Positions 53,458-55,755 of a stretch of DNA of 55,755 bases are shown here, piece after piece. The first letter of the stretch is position 1; the number at the start of each line of letters is the position of its first letter. The notes beneath the pieces are model-generated. The model had not been told where the DNA came from. It made no database searches and was given only the letters and a program-made list of their open reading frames with translations. Both the position numbers and the translations under genes were made by a program. The DNA is taken from contig CAXHJY010000500.1 in assembly GCA_964016885.1 (NCBI GenBank), positions 1 through 55,755 of the forward strand, given 5' to 3'. This DNA is from Eledone cirrhosa. Lineage: Eukaryota.

Positions 53458-54778
53458 GTATACATGTCTGTGTATGTATATGTATGTATATATATATGTA
53501 TACATATATATATATGTATACATGTCTGTGTATGTATATGTATGTATATATATATGTATACATATATATATATGTATACATGTCTGTGTATGTATATGTA
53601 TGTATATATATATGTATACATATATATATATGTATACATGTCTGTGTATGTATATGTATGTATATATATATGTATACATATATATATATGTATACATGTC
53701 TGTGTATGTATATGTATGTATATATGTATATATATATATGTATACATGTCTGTGTATGTATATGTATGTATATATATATGTATATATATATATATGTATA
53801 CATGTCTGTGTATGTATATGTATGTATATATATATGTATATATATATATATGTATACATGTCTGTGTATGTATATGTATGTATATATATATGTATACATA
53901 TATATATATGTATACATGTCTGTGTATATATATGTATGTATATATATATATGTATACATATATATATATGTATACATGTCTGTGTATGTATATGTATGTA
54001 TATATATATGTATACATATATATATATGTATACATGTCTGTGTATGCTATATGTATGTATATATATATGTATATATATATATATGTATACATGTCTGTGT
54101 ATGTATATGTATGTATATATATATGTATACATATATATATATGTATACATGTCTGTGTATGTATATGTATGTATATATATATGTATACATATATATATAT
54201 GTATACATGTCTGTGTATGTATATGTATGTATATATATATATGTATACATATATATATATGTATACATGTCTGTGTATGTATATGTATGTATATATATAT
54301 GTATACATATATATATATATGTATACATGTCTGTGTATGTATATGTATGTATATATATATGTATACATATATATATATGTATACATGTCTGTGTATGTAT
54401 ATGTATGTATATATATATGTATACATATATATATATATGTATACATGTCTGTGTATGTATATGTATGTATATATATATGTATACATATATATATATGTAT
54501 ACATGTCTGTGTATGTATATGTATGTATATATATATGTATATATATATATATATATGTATACATGTCTGTGTATGTATATGTATGTATATATATATGTAT
54601 ACATATATATATATGTATACATGTCTGTGTATGTATATGTATGTATATATATATGTATATATATATATATGTATACATGTCTGTGTATGTATATGTATGT
54701 ATATATATATGTATACATATACATATATATATATGTATACATGTCTGTATATGTATATTTATATATATGTATATATAT
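53121..54778. repeat. Higher-order microsatellite-derived array with a unit of about 58 bp
   Basis: gtatacatgtctgtgtatgtatatgtatgtatatatatatgtatacatatatatatat recurs about 28 times. Confidence 0.95.
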
Positions 54779-55187
54779 AAATCCGCAGTTGTGAAAGGAA
54801 AAAAGGAAAACAGTGCTCAATCGGGAACAAAGCAGAAATATATTATTTATCCATGTTCACACGAGGAACAAACGCGTCACCCCAAGGAATCGAAGCCAAA
54901 ACTAGGCCATACCTCCAGAAGACAAGAGGCACCAAAAAAGCGACCCTTCTGATGCAGTACTTCTGCTCTGGTATACGGACACAGGCACGTGGTTGATCTC
55001 AAAATTCTCTTTTGCATCTCATGGATTTTTTCCCTTTGTTTTTATTACGTAGTTTTTCGTAAACATGCGTTCCTGTCAAACTTTGCTTTTGGCGATGTCT
55101 TTTGGGCTTGTGTGGCGCGTGAGGCTGGGCCTTGAGGCCTTGTGTCGTGCTTTTGTTCCGTGTATGGTCATGGATAATATGATATAA

Positions 55188-55512
55188 TATAATTGTTTCT
55201 ACTTTAGGCACAAGGCCAGCAATTACCAGTGCATTACTGGTACTTTATTTTATCGACCCCGTAAGGATGAAAGGCAAAGTCAACCTGGGATAATATAATA
55301 TAATGTAATATAATATAATATAATTGTTTCTACTTTTGGCACAAGGCCAGCAATTGTCTCAGTACATTACTGGTACTTTATTTTATCGACCCCGTAACAA
55401 TGAAAGGCAAAGTTAACCTCGGCGGGATTTGAACTCAGACCATAAAGGGGCGTAACTCTATGCTGCAAAGCATGGCGTCCGACCTTCTACCGATACTGCC
55501 AATCACCCGCCC
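55188..55512 (-). mobile_element. Two tandem SINE copies (one truncated, one full length)
   Basis: Core sequence occurs twice; head at about 55470-55512. Confidence 0.88.
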
Positions 55513-55517
55513 TATAA

Positions 55518-55755
55518 TCTATATATATAAAACTGTGTGTGTGTGTGTGTGTTTGAATCCCTAAAACTCGAGAAGTACCCAACCGATTTTTTTCAAACTT
55601 TACATGTGTATTACTTATGTTTCAGGGACTGTTATGCACATTATTCCACGTTTTGATCCCCTAGGGCCCGCATTAGGTGAAAAAACTGCGTTCTTTCAGC
55701 TTTTTAGGGGTTTTTTGAAGCGTTACGTCAGACCGATTTCCTTGAAATTGTAACT
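55518..55755 (+). mobile_element. Helitron-like 5' end, runs off the window
   Basis: TCTATATATATAAAA start followed by (TG)n and taaaactcgagaagtacccaaccgattt. Confidence 0.55.

Noticed and set aside
53067-54952. ORFs of 450-600 aa rich in Y/I/H/T/C/V/M (also 27791-29287, 10632-11804, 25199-25697, 46980-47560)
   Set aside because: Translations of TA/CA/TG microsatellites, which lack stop codons in most frames; open on both strands.

Overview
Eukaryotic, AT-rich, repeat-saturated genomic DNA. The SINE/LINE repertoire and the long (TA)n tracts suggest an octopod cephalopod (inference). One protein-coding gene could be rebuilt by hand: a minus-strand CFAP100 (CCDC37/38, DUF4200 family) ciliary gene. 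It has 13 GT-AG exons from 38709 to 3159 with consistent phases (1491 nt, 497 codons; the C-terminal exon is not securely found) and an RFX X-box-like motif about 107 bp upstream of the ATG. The rest is transposon-derived or simple repeat: RTE LINEs (with a PHD finger inside the RT domain), R4/Dong-like and CRE-like fragments, two tRNA-type SINE families, Penelope-like inverted repeats carrying hammerhead-ribozyme-like motifs, MITE and Helitron pieces, and many mini- and microsatellites. Almost all long ORFs in the track are microsatellite artefacts. The most notable observations are: (1) several atypical type I hammerhead motifs with palindromic stem III, some with a CCGA core; (2) minisatellites repeatedly built from transposon termini, including two independent TSD-flanked SINEs with a multimerised 45-bp A-box head; (3) a SINE TSD that duplicated a splice donor; (4) inverted SINEs bracketing a frame-preserving exon; (5) a twin-priming-type inversion in an RTE-like LINE. 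Exon, TSD and ribozyme coordinates were read base by base; repeat boundaries are approximate.
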